A stretch of 64,000 nucleotides of DNA from Octopus sinensis (Eukaryota): positions 4,774,001 through 4,838,000 of the forward strand of contig NC_043026.1 in NCBI RefSeq assembly GCF_006345805.1, read 5' to 3'. The number at the start of each line of letters is the position of its first letter. The stretch's first letter is position 1. The notes beneath the pieces were generated by a model. That model searched no databases and was not told the DNA's origin. It saw only the letters and a list, made by a program, of their open reading frames with translations. A program made the position numbers and the translations under genes. Positions 12,118 to 22,869 of this stretch are shown here, one piece after another.

Positions 12118-15100
12118 TCAGAATTTGGGCACTATGGCCCACTCAAGTAGAGAGTTATTGTTTACAGAGACATATCCGGGTGTAGGGGGTTTATCCGGGA
12201 TTTCTTGAAGGAATCTGTCCAAAGACTTCTTGAACCCTATAGGGTCAGTTTCTGTTTTAATGTGTTTTGTTGTAATGTTAAAGAGTGCGGGGCCAATTGA
12301 GGTGAAATAATTGTGCCGTATTGTTGTTATGAGATGAGAGTGCGATTTTTGTTTTGGGCGGATGGCACGGGGCCCAAGCCTTGGATGTACCTTAAAGGTG
12401 ATGCCAACATCATTTGGGCAATGCTGATGGAATATTTTCCACATCATGCAGATGATGTAGCGCTCACGACGACGTTGGAGAGAATAAAGTTTTAGCTTTT
12501 CTAGTCGACCCCAATAGTCGAGGCCTGTCATGCCATCTATCTTTTTTGTGATTGCCCTTTGAGGTGCTTCAACTTTTATGATACCTTGTATTGTGTGGGG
12601 AGACCACAGTGGACAACAGTATTCAAGGTGGGGTCGGGCAAAAGTGGAGAAGAGAAGGATAATGGTGTGGATATCTCTCGACTGGAAAGTTCTGAGAATC
12701 CAGGAACACATTCTGCGGGCCATGTCAACTTTGGTGTTTATATGAGTGGCCCAGCTTATGTTGTTGTCCACAATTACTCCCAAGTCTCTGATGTTGTTGG
12801 ACGCCACGAGAGTTTCACCTGAAGGAAGGGAGTATGGGAGTTTCAGGGCATCCTCATTTCCAAAGTGGATTAACTCAAATTTATCCTCGTTCAGCAGCAT
12901 ATTGTTTTTTTCTGCCCATTGGATAACATCCAGTAGATCTGACTGAAGGCATGTCCGGTCACTCGCCTCATTTATGACCTTCTGTAGCTTGGAATCATCT
13001 GCAAAAATTTTTATGTTGCTGTGCTTGATGATGTCATTAATGTCATTAATGTAAATGATGAAAAGAAGTGGGCCCAGCACAGTGCCTTGCGGAACGCCAC
13101 TACTGACTTTGGCTGGGCTTGATTTTACCCCTTCAACTACAACATGTTGAGATCTGTCTGTCAGGAAACACTTGATCCATTTCAGTAACTTTTCAGAGAC
13201 ACCAATGTTGGATAGTTTTTTCAATAGGATCTTGTGATCGACCCTGTCGAAGGCCTTACTGAAATCAAGGTAGATGACATCGGTGTTGGAGCCCTCTCCC
13301 AAAGCTCTCAAAATGTCATCAAAGTGATGCAGGAGCTGCGTTAGGCAGTCCCTTCCATTACGGAACCCATGTTGGTTGGAGATCAGCCATCTGTTGCTTT
13401 CCAGAAATTGGGTTATTCGAGATCTCACCACCCTCTCAAATACCTTGATGATATGAGAGGTGAGTGAGATCGGACGGTAGTTCACTGCAAGGGACTTGTT
13501 TCCCTTTTTGAAAACTGGGACAACAGACTGGGACAGAAGGTTTTTTGGAATATAGCCAGCATCCAGTGAGTTTCTCCACAGATTAGCAAGGGGAGATGCA
13601 AGTTGGTGTCGACATACCTTCAGGACACAAGCAGGGAACCTATCGGGGCCTACTGCTGAATTGTGTTTTATTTCGTTTATCGCCGCTAAGACATCAGGGG
13701 CACTAAACGTTATGTCCGATATAGTGTGTTGGGGGTTGACATCACTGATACAGCCCAGATCGGCCATATCAGGATTGCTGAAAACAGAGCAGTATTGTTT
13801 CTGCAGTATCTCGGCCATGGATTTGGCATTATCTTGGAGAGTGCCAGTTTCGTCAATTAGAGGGCCAACAGTGGAGACAGTGACCCTGCGTTTCCTCGCA
13901 AATGAAAAGAACACTTTGGGGTTGAGTTTGATTTTTTCAATGGCCCACTTCTCCTCAGCTGATCTTTGGTTATTGATGAGGGTCTTCATGCATTGTTGGA
14001 GGTTATATTTTTTGGATTCAAGCAGTGCGATAGCCGTCGAATGTGTGTGTTGCTGTTGGCAGTACTTTAGTTTGTTAATTATTTTGTTTGTTCTTTTTAT
14101 TTTTCTGATAATGGTTTTTCTGTTTTGGGGGATTCTGCACTTTTTTTTCACAGGTCTTGGTGGGGAGTGTTTTGCACATATGTCTGTGACGGTGTCTACA
14201 AAGATCTGCCAAGATGTTTTATGGTTGGTGGAGATGTGTGTATGTGTAAAGGACCAGTCAACATGTGATAGCTCGTTCCTGATTGCATCCCAGTTGGCAT
14301 TATGGAGATCCATGTTGTCAAATGGGTGGGCTGGAGGGAGGTCACTAGGATTAGCTTTCGGCTGGTAGAATTTCATGTTACAGAGAACCATGTCATGGTC
14401 TGAAAGAAGGGTTTTTTCCACTGTAACGTTATGTATAGTGTTAGTGTGGTTACTAAACACTAGGTCCAAAATGTTCTGATGTCTTGTTGGTGCAAGGACA
14501 AGTTGGGACAAGAAAAACTCATTCGTAAAGTCGAAAAGTGACTCTGCTGCTTCTTTGTCAGCGGTTGAGGCGGGAGTGCTTGGTTTCAAACAGTTTGTAG
14601 TCCAGTCAACACAGGGTAGATTGAAGTCTCCCATCATGAGTATGTTGCTAGAATGGCACTGTTGAATAAAGCACTTAATGCTGTTGAGGCATTCTTTAAA
14701 GCACAGTATGGGTGTTTGGGGCGGCCTATAGAGCCCAATTACTGTCAGGTCATTGGCTTTGTTGTGCACGGTGACTGATTCACAGTAGCCGTTGGAGAAT
14801 ATACTATTTCCATCTGCCGTAAATGAATCATGCAGGAAAATGGCAGTTCCACCCTTCCTCCTGCCGATACGATCCGTGCGGATGGTTGTGAAATTCTTCA
14901 CTCTCACTTCGGCTTCCAAGTGGGAGTTGTCAAGGTGGGTCTCAGTGAGAATGAAGAAAGGGATGTGGTGTGAATGGTTACCAACCCAGTCTTCAATGAA
15001 TTGGACCTTCCATTTTTGTGCATTGATGGAAGGGCTGACACCTTGTGCATTGAGTAGGAATGTGGAGGTTAGTGTAGTGGCTGGTTTTGACTGTTGCAGG

Positions 15101-15453
15101 GGGCTTGGATTTTTTGTGTGTGTTAGTGGCAGCAATGTGGGGAATTGGTGCACTGGGGTAATAGCATAGGATGGTGTTGAGTGATGGCTTGAATGTTTTG
15201 TGTATCTTTTGCCATGTTCAACATGGCTAAAAAGAATTTTCCTGCTTAGGGAGCAGTTTTTGGCTGGAGGTGTGGATAGGGTTGTAGTTTCCACTTTTGT
15301 TGTTGTTGTTTTTGTGTCTTCCTGAAAAGACTGGACCAGCATTACTGCAGCATGGTGTGTTTCTATTTTTATTTTATTCAGGTTTGTGTGTTGGCTTGAG
15401 CCCCGTTTCTGTTTGTGCGTCGGGTCCCTGGAAGATGAGTGAAGGACAGTCAC
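12118..15453 (-). CDS. LINE ORF2: APE endonuclease + reverse transcriptase, uninterrupted (first ATG at 15342, 1074 aa)
   Basis: EN motifs LNAQG, TETHL, GLYRPP, MGDFNLP, LDLVFSN, SDHD. RT motifs NYRPISLTS, YLDFSKAFD, GVPQGTVLGP, IFADD. CR1-type RPHLEYCCPLWSP and LYSLQRRRER. Confidence 0.97.
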   Translation of the reverse strand: MTVLHSSSRDPTHKQKRGSSQHTNLNKIKIETHHAAVMLVQSFQEDTKTTTTKVETTTLSTPPAKNCSLSRKILFSHVEHGKRYTKHSSHHSTPSYAITPVHQFPTLLPLTHTKNPSPLQQSKPATTLTSTFLLNAQGVSPSINAQKWKVQFIEDWVGNHSHHIPFFILTETHLDNSHLEAEVRVKNFTTIRTDRIGRRKGGTAIFLHDSFTADGNSIFSNGYCESVTVHNKANDLTVIGLYRPPQTPILCFKECLNSIKCFIQQCHSSNILMMGDFNLPCVDWTTNCLKPSTPASTADKEAAESLFDFTNEFFLSQLVLAPTRHQNILDLVFSNHTNTIHNVTVEKTLLSDHDMVLCNMKFYQPKANPSDLPPAHPFDNMDLHNANWDAIRNELSHVDWSFTHTHISTNHKTSWQIFVDTVTDICAKHSPPRPVKKKCRIPQNRKTIIRKIKRTNKIINKLKYCQQQHTHSTAIALLESKKYNLQQCMKTLINNQRSAEEKWAIEKIKLNPKVFFSFARKRRVTVSTVGPLIDETGTLQDNAKSMAEILQKQYCSVFSNPDMADLGCISDVNPQHTISDITFSAPDVLAAINEIKHNSAVGPDRFPACVLKVCRHQLASPLANLWRNSLDAGYIPKNLLSQSVVPVFKKGNKSLAVNYRPISLTSHIIKVFERVVRSRITQFLESNRWLISNQHGFRNGRDCLTQLLHHFDDILRALGEGSNTDVIYLDFSKAFDRVDHKILLKKLSNIGVSEKLLKWIKCFLTDRSQHVVVEGVKSSPAKVSSGVPQGTVLGPLLFIIYINDINDIIKHSNIKIFADDSKLQKVINEASDRTCLQSDLLDVIQWAEKNNMLLNEDKFELIHFGNEDALKLPYSLPSGETLVASNNIRDLGVIVDNNISWATHINTKVDMARRMCSWILRTFQSRDIHTIILLFSTFARPHLEYCCPLWSPHTIQGIIKVEAPQRAITKKIDGMTGLDYWGRLEKLKLYSLQRRRERYIICMMWKIFHQHCPNDVGITFKVHPRLGPRAIRPKQKSHSHLITTIRHNYFTSIGPALFNITTKHIKTETDPIGFKKSLDRFLQEIPDKPPTPGYVSVNNNSLLEWAIVPKF

Positions 15454-15664
15454 TCAGCAGACATGTTCTCTCACGTTGGGAATACCGGCAGATTTTGGGA
15501 CTCCGAGTTGTGTGTGTTTTGAATTTAGATTTACTATTTGGTGGTGTTGATGTTATTGTGGGATGCGTGCTTTGGCCTTGGCCGGTAGTGCGTCTAGTGC
15601 CGGGTAGATGCGTGAAGATGCAGTCACTATTTGTGCAGAGTCTCTGGTGCAGTGAATAGCGGCA
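15435..15664 (-). CDS. LINE ORF1, C-terminal part: two CCCH-type zinc fingers (frame not listed in the ORF track)
   Basis: 15664-15608 reads C-RYSLHQRL-C-TNSD-C-IFT-H. 15490-15435 reads C-RYSQRERT-C-LLSD-C, with one base missing before the His. Both are followed by LPGTRR once that base is restored. Confidence 0.75.
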
Positions 15665-15784
15665 TATTTGGGGATTTCTTGTTTGTGCCGTGGGGGGGGC
15701 GCATTCTGCTTCCTATGTTTCTTTAAGTTTTTGTTACTGCAGTAGTATTGAGGTGGTGATGTGGGGGAAGAGGGCAGTGGTTTC

Positions 15785-16333
15785 TTATTTGGTTTTCTGT
15801 TGGTATTTTTGGTGATAGAAGACGATGGTGGCAGCGGTGGTGATGATGATGATGATATTGTGGTGGTTGCCGTGAGAGCGGTGAAAAGAACTGGCATTTA
15901 GTGAATCATCTAGTAAGCTAGAGTTGAGGAGTGGCTGTTGTTGTTCTTGTTGCTGTGGCTGTTGTTGTTGTTGTTGTGCTTGACCGATGTTAGGGTCAGC
16001 CATTGTGCTGGGAACCAGGAGTGGCTCATTCTGTTGTTGTTGTTGTTGTGGCTGCTGATTTTCTAGCTGTTGCTGTTCTTGAACTGTGAAAATTTGAAGA
16101 AGCTTTTCATAATGGCCTTTTGTCAGTTTGAAAGATACTTCGATATGTTTCAGTTTGCTATGAATCTGTTTGACGGATCGTGTGTTGACCACTTGTGATG
16201 TTTTTTCGGCAATCTCATTCAAACACAAAACATTTAGATTTTCTGTTTGGGAAAGAGAGAACCAAGTGTTTAGTAAAACATCAATTTCGTTATCAGACCA
16301 ATTTCGTCTGTTGCAGGCCTGCAAGTTAGTCAT
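15785..16333 (-). CDS. LINE ORF1, N-terminal part: Myb/SANT-like (trihelix-type) domain + polyQ
   Basis: RRNWSDNEIDVLLNTW...IAEKTSQVVNTRSVKQIHSKLKHIEVSFK fits the W-x3-E-x3-LL-x2-W...IA...R(S/T)xxQxxxK pattern. Located directly upstream of ORF2 on the same strand. Confidence 0.75.
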   Translation of the reverse strand: MTNLQACNRRNWSDNEIDVLLNTWFSLSQTENLNVLCLNEIAEKTSQVVNTRSVKQIHSKLKHIEVSFKLTKGHYEKLLQIFTVQEQQQLENQQPQQQQQQNEPLLVPSTMADPNIGQAQQQQQQPQQQEQQQPLLNSSLLDDSLNASSFHRSHGNHHNIIIIITTAATIVFYHQKYQQKTK

Positions 16334-16675
16334 GTTGTTTTCTTTTGTTTGTTTTCTTTTGATTTTTGAAAATATATATATTCTTTCTTGGGAGTTAAAG
16401 AAGTGTATATATATATAAATGTTCTCTCTTAAGGGTGTGAGTTTTTGATTATTTGGTTGTTTGAGGATATTAAAAGAAAAACAGGTGTATATAACAATTT
16501 GTAGTTAAATGAAAACGTACTTACGGGTTTGTAGGCAAACATGTGGTTACAAATATATATATATTTAAGGTCAGTTAAGTTTTGAAGCTGTGTAGCTTGC
16601 TACTGACTTGGGAGAGAAACAAATAGACGTCCGTCCAATTCAACAGTTCAGCATCGTATATCGTATATATTTATA

Positions 16676-16722
<47 letters not shown>

Positions 16723-16742
16723 TATATATATATATATATATA

Positions 16743-16774
<32 letters not shown>

Positions 16775-17114
16775 TTTCAGCGTTCTGTGTATCTTAACAT
16801 GGATGTACTGTGGAAACCAGAAAACTGCAGTATTTCTATATTTCTACACACACACATACGCATACATATACACACATACACATATGCATACATGCACAGA
16901 CACACACACACACACTCACATACATTCATTGATATTATGCTTTTGGCTGATCAGAAAATTGTGATCCTTTTGTTAGCAGAAAATTGAAGAAAACCCCTCA
17001 TATATATATATATATATATATATATGAATTAGGGATTTTGCAGACTTCGAAACATATGTCGAAAATAAAATAAAGGAATTTGTTAAATCTTCATTCAGCT
17101 CCATTCTTCCTATA

Positions 17115-17152
<38 letters not shown>

Positions 17153-17178
17153 CATACATACATACTATATATATATAA

Positions 17179-17252
<74 letters not shown>

Positions 17253-17291
17253 TTATATATAAGAAAGTTGGTTTGTGAAAGAAGTGGGTGA

Positions 17292-17747
17292 ATATATAGG
17301 AAAAAGTAAAGAGGAAAAAACTACAGAAGGCTTAAATGTTAAAAAATATATATATTTGCATCAATATGTCTGAAGAATATTAGAAGATTAAAAAAAATTT
17401 TTTGTCTTATAATGACATAATTTAAAAGAAAGACCGGTTTCGCGTGTAGCTTTTCAAATTTCTTGCGACGTTATGTTTATGTTGAATAGAGTTTTCGTTA
17501 TTTAGAACTTCCCTTATTTAGAACTCTCCTGAACATAAACGAAAACTCTATTCAACATAAACATAACGTCGCAAGAAATTTGAAAAGCTACACGCGAAAC
17601 CGGTCTTTCTTTTAAATTATGTCATTATAGACAAAAAATTTTTTTTTTTAATTTTCTAATATTCTTCAGACATATTGACGCAAATATATATATTTTTTAA
17701 CATTTAAGCCTTCTGTAGTTTTTTCACTCTTTACTTTTTCCTATATA
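17292..17747. repeat. Inverted repeat, arms about 208 bp, 38-bp spacer; Penelope-like, each arm with a degenerate hammerhead
   Basis: 17292-17499 is the reverse complement of 17538-17747. The spacer holds TTATTTAGAACT twice. 17573-17611 reads AAGAAA-TTTGAAAA-GC-TACAC-GC-GAAAC-CG-GTC-TTTCTT. Confidence 0.85.
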
Positions 17748-18243
17748 TATATTTATATATATATCTTTTATTTATTAATTTGTTTTTGTCATTTGTCTGC
17801 TGCCATGCTGGAGCACCGCCTTTAGTAAGACTAGTGCTTATTCTATAGGTCTCTTTTGCCGAACCGCTAGGTTACGGCGACGTAAACACACCAGCTTCGG
17901 TTGTCAAACGATGTTGGTGGGGACACAGACACACAAACATACACATACATATACATGTATATATATATATATATACACACATATATATGATGGGTTTCTT
18001 TCAGTTTCCGTCTACAAAATTGACTCACAAGCCTTTTATCAGCCCGAGGCTATAGTAGAAGACACTTGCCCAAGTTGCCACGCAGGGGGACTGAACCCGG
18101 AACCATGTGGTTGGTAAGGAAGCTACTTACCACACAGCCACTCTTGTGCCTATAAAATGAAAAGACACACGAAATACCATTAAACATTTTGGCCGGCAGG
18201 CAAACGATTCTGCCAGCTCCTATATATATATACATACATATAC

Positions 18244-18338
<95 letters not shown>

Positions 18339-18562
18339 AGTGTGTGTCTATGTATGTATATCAGTAGTTCCCAATGCTTCTGCACTTGCGACCCCTTAGC
18401 CAAAAGCTTGAAGCCCATGCGACCCCCGACTATCAACAGCTTGATTTACATTTTAATTATTTAACACTATCCCAAGCCACTTCCAGCAAGGCTACGTGAC
18501 CCTGCTACCAAGGTTTGACGACCCCTCAGCGGTCGGCAAGGACGGGTTGGGAACCCCTGATA

Positions 18563-18602
<40 letters not shown>

Positions 18603-18632
18603 TCAAAATAAAAACATGATGCCAAGGATTCA

Positions 18633-18710
18633 GCGGTACATATGTTTCGGGCCTTTATTAGACTGACTTATAACAATGCATAATGTGTGTCTATGGCCTT
18701 CTTCAGCCGC
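18633..18710 (-). ncRNA. Type I hammerhead ribozyme (left arm)
   Basis: GCGG-CTGAAGA-AGGCC..(TAGAC/GTCTA)..GGCCC-GAAAC-ATAT-GTA-CCGC. Helix I is GCGG/CCGC, helix III is the palindrome ACATATGT, triplet GUA; predicted cut between 18637 and 18636. Confidence 0.8.
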
Positions 18711-19488
18711 GCACAATTACTACTTGAAGGACATGTATTACATCATAGATTCTACGTTGGGGATGCAAATCCTCTCAGTCGCGTACGACATAGTGGGGCA
18801 CCAGCACAAAAATGAAGTGTCCATCTCGTCTTTCACTCAATGTAGAATGAGGAAGCTTGGATGTTGAGGTAATATAAATAAATAAGCGAGTAAATAAATA
18901 TATAAATACACACAGACGTGAAAGAATAGGGATAAATGTAGAGGGGTGAGAATTAAGGAGGAAGGCTAGAGGAATATAAAAAAATATACAAAGATAAAAA
19001 AGTAAAAAAGTATAAACGTAGTAATATAAAATATAAATATATAAAAGAATATATTCTTTTATATATTTATATTTTTACATCCCTTTATATCTTTTTATAT
19101 CTTTTATATATTTTGTTATATATTTTTTAATTTCTATGTTCTTTTATAATTTTTATATTTCTTTATATATTTATATTTTATATTACTACGTTTATACTTT
19201 TTTATCTTTGTATATTTTTTTATATTCCTCTAGCCTTCCTCCTTAATTCTCACCCCTCTACATTTATCCCTATTCTTTCACGTCTGTGTGTATTTATATA
19301 TTTATTTACTCGCTTATTTATTTATATTACCTCAACATCCAAGCTTCCTCATTCTACATTGAGTGAAAGACGAGATGGACGCTTCATTTTTGTGCTGGTG
19401 CCCCACTATGTCGTATGCGACTGAGAGGATTTGCATCCCCAACGTAGAATCTATGATGTAATACATGTCCTTCAAGTAGTAATTGTGC

Positions 19489-19566
19489 GCAGCTGAAGAA
19501 GGCCATAGACACACATTATGCATTGTTATAAGTCAGTCTAATAAAGGCCCGAAACATATGTACCGC
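19489..19566 (+). ncRNA. Type I hammerhead ribozyme (right arm)
   Basis: Same motif as the left arm but helix I is GCAG/CCGC (one mismatch); predicted cut after 19562. Confidence 0.75.
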
Positions 19567-19694
19567 TGAATCCTTGGCATCATGTTTTTATTTTGATTAA
19601 TTTACTCCACCACCTACACCACCTAATGGTATACACAGGTGCTTACATTTATCAAGTACTCACCCTGAATTTTTATATATATATATATATATAT

Positions 19695-19742
<48 letters not shown>

Positions 19743-20552
19743 ATACATATATATATATATATATATATATTACCTTCGAAACACGCATTGAGTCAAACCG
19801 GGCAGTTGATGAAGTGGAATTTTCCATGTATTGTTTGTCCTGTACTCATATATATATATATATATATATATGCTTGTATATATACAGTAGAGTAGTATGA
19901 TATATATTATGTATATGCATATATTTTATTTATTTATTATATTGTTATTATATGAACGAACGCACGCGTCGTTTCTCTTCTCCAAGTAAGTTTTTATTTA
20001 TATATATATATATTTATATATACTCATACACACACACACACACGCATGCACACATACATATACATGCATGCAGATACGTATACAAAAAAACCCCAAAATA
20101 CTGATAAAGTGTTTGTGAAACCGTTGTGCAATTATGCAAGAGAAACCAGTTGCTCCCTCCATCCTCTTCGTTAATTGGAATATAAACTCTTCCGATATTT
20201 ACGTTTGTTCAAAGATATCATCATCGAAGCAATCCCTTTTCGCTGTGTAACAACCCTTTCCACTGTTTGCCCAAAGCTTGAAATTTTGGTGGAGGGGATT
20301 AATTGATTACACTGATCCCCAGTGTTTCTCTGGTACTTTATTTATCGATCCCCAAAGGATGAAAGGCAAAATTGACCTTTTTTTTCACTTTTTAAACTTT
20401 TTATGGGTTTCTACTTGGATAGAATTACTGTAGCGTTAATAAGTTCACATAAAGAAATCTATGATTTAAACGGATTATTAAGATATATCCGAGCGAATCT
20501 CTGTCAACTTCTCACTTGGAATCTTTCAGTGTCCGAGTTGCAATTAGCCCCA

Positions 20553-20601
<49 letters not shown>

Positions 20602-20714
20602 CTCTCTCTCTCTCACTCTCTCTCTCACTCACTCTCTCTCTCTCATTTTCGCTCAGTTTAGAGATGTTCCCCTTTACCTCATATATTTACTCAGTTATCC
20701 GATTGAGCAAAACA

Positions 20715-20935
20715 GAACAATAATAATGATTTCTAGGATAGGTACATGGCCTGAAATTTTGGTCTAGGGGTCTAGTTGGTATCATCGATCCCAGTACTTG
20801 ACTGGTTACTATTTCGTCGATCCAGAAAGGACGAAAGGCAAAGTTGACCTCGGCGGGATTTGAACTCAGAACGTAGAGATTCACTACATGTTGCTATGCA
20901 GTTTACATGGCGTGCTAATGATTCTGCTAACTCCC
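20715..20935 (-). mobile_element. tRNA-derived SINE, family A (GTCAACTTTGCCTTTC..TCGAT core)
   Basis: Reverse complement of the intact copy at 52287-52515. Confidence 0.75.
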
Positions 20936-21385
20936 TGACGATGTCCTCCTTTTCCCGGAGAATCAAATCCCATTTGCTCACCACAAATCCTCTGTAAAAA
21001 TCCAATGTGGAACTTCCAACAGCTACATTATCCCACTGGTAGAGGATCGCCAGGGCTCGACCATATTCCAGCTGTTTCGGCCTCCGATTGAGAGAAACTG
21101 GGGGGAAACAGCGACCACACATGTTGACCGTCAAGGAATCGATGGAGAGAGGTCGCAGCCTCAGTGCATACCTGCGTGTAATCAGCTACAGCTTGTCCAG
21201 TCGTTCGTTGAGCAGGTGTTGACAGCAAATGCAGCGCTTGGCCAGTGGAATGCATCCGTCGCACAGAGAGCGGAATGGCAAGCGCTCCAGGTCGGTTAGA
21301 CTTGAAATGAGGCGAGGCACAACGGTCAGGCAGTAATATATGATGGAGCTAATGTAAGTGTTCGCCAAATCCGCCCGACCAGTTA
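20935..21385 (-). mobile_element. L1/Tx1-clade LINE ORF2 post-RT fragment
   Basis: ANTYISSIIYYCLTVVP..LERL.FRSL..G.IPL.KR.ICCQH.L..RYALRL resembles Tx1/L1 post-RT sequence. GC-rich, with stops and frameshifts. Confidence 0.6.
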
Positions 21386-21599
21386 AGGATTATTTTTTTT
21401 TCTCAGCCGTTTTACTAGAATTCAAGGCATTTGGCTACTGTTTCTAGCACAGGTAGGTAGGAACCGATGGAGGGTACACGCGTCCTTGTTTCCCGGCCCT
21501 CAACATTTAGGATAGGAATAAACAAAAGAAGCCCCGGAATAACATGTTTGTTAAGAGACGGAAAGACAGTTTGTTTCATATGAGAAACAATGCAATTCT

Positions 21600-22080
21600 G
21601 TGGGTATTTAGTTGTTGTTTCTAGCATGATGTGAGTCTACTTATAGGATAATATTTTATAATTAATTCTAAAAGTGTCCTTCATATTTATACACATAAAC
21701 ACTACACGGAAATTGAAAGGTTCTTGTTTGTTATGTCTACCATGATGTGAGACCCCACCTGTAGTACAATATTCTTACAGATGCTTCGTCCTCAAGTGTC
21801 CTTCAATTTTTATACACATCACATCACAGATTTAAGGCCATGTGGTTTCTATTTCTCGCAATATGTGGGACCATATATTGTTCATTATATTTTAGAAATG
21901 GTTAAGTGTCCTATTTTCATACGAGAAATCGAAACCAATTTGAAGGCTCTTGCTTAATGTAGTCTAGCATGAAGAATGACCATATATGGCACAAATTCTT
22001 AAGGTGTCCTTCCAATTTGTATAAAAATCAGCGCAAATTTTAGGGTAGTTGACTGTTATTCCTAGCGTGACGCAAAATCA
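21600..22080. repeat. Degenerate about 115-bp tandem repeat (CTAGCATGA...AAGTGTCCTTCA)
   Basis: Motif pair recurs 4-5 times here, again at about 36290-36660, and at 53240-53690. Confidence 0.7.
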
Positions 22081-22869
22081 CATGTCGCGAATTTCTTTCC
22101 GTAAATCTTTCTTAAATTCTTGTTCAATACCCACAGTATTTAATTATATGAATTATGAACTACAAAATTAATTAATTTTCTTTCGAATCCAAATTTATAA
22201 CTGTTTGAAGGGAGGTAATTCGATACCTTTCGAAGACAGTTGTAGCCTCCCTTGGAACTACAAGATTTTTGACTGGGCGGTAGTGTGTGTGTGTGTGTGT
22301 GTAACATTCGTGGTGGGAGGGAAGAAGAGAGGGAAAAGAAAAATATGTCAGAGAGGGATAGCGAGAGGGGGAGGGACATAAAATGAAAGAAAAATGTTCA
22401 GTAAAAGAGAGAGAAAAGCTGAGAGAGAGAGAGAGAGGGAGAGCTAATGATAAAGAGAGAGAAAAAGCAAGAAGAAAGCAAGAGAGGTGGAGTAAAGTAA
22501 AGTGGGAGGAAGAGAGAGAGAGAGAGATTATGTGTGTTCGCCATCTAAATATTGCATAAGGGGAAGAACAACACAAATTTGTGACGACTTAGCTGTTATT
22601 TCCAGCATTATATGAAACCATATATGAAAAAAGTATTTTTATGGAATGCCTTTTACGGGGGTCGGCTGAAAGGTCCATAGGCTGACCAAGATTCTCTCAC
22701 GGAAGGTGACCAAATGGGGTTTATTTTCCGATATAGTCCCCCCTTGAAGTCCCCACATTTCTTCTAAACAAAACAAGAACAAAGATCACTTTTCTCTCTG
22801 CCTCCCTTCTTCCTTTCTTTATCCCTTTTTCTTCTCTTTTCTTTCTCTCTCTTACCTTCTCTCATCCCT

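Larger units (their letters stand above)
12026..16665 (-). mobile_element. Apparently full-length CR1-clade LINE
   Basis: 5-prime UTR about 16334-16665, ORF1 region about 15370-16333, ORF2 12118-15453, short 3-prime UTR, and a (TACTTTGA)x3 tail on plus at 12026-12049. Both ends lie in TA-rich microsatellite; no TSD identified. Confidence 0.9.
18597..19602. repeat. About 1-kb palindrome (arms about 450 bp), Penelope-like inverted pseudo-LTR module
   Basis: 18597-about 19049 is the near-exact reverse complement of about 19158-19602, with an AT-rich centre and a hammerhead near each outer end. Confidence 0.9.

Noticed and set aside
12313-15659. Plus-strand ORFs such as 13661-14368 (235 aa) and 14792-15169
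   Set aside because: Antisense shadows of the intact LINE ORF2/ORF1; no independent protein features.
17049-17066. GAAACATATGTC, the same helix-III motif as the 18.6-19.6 kb hammerheads
   Set aside because: No CUGANGA strand or complementary helix I in register; at most a remnant.
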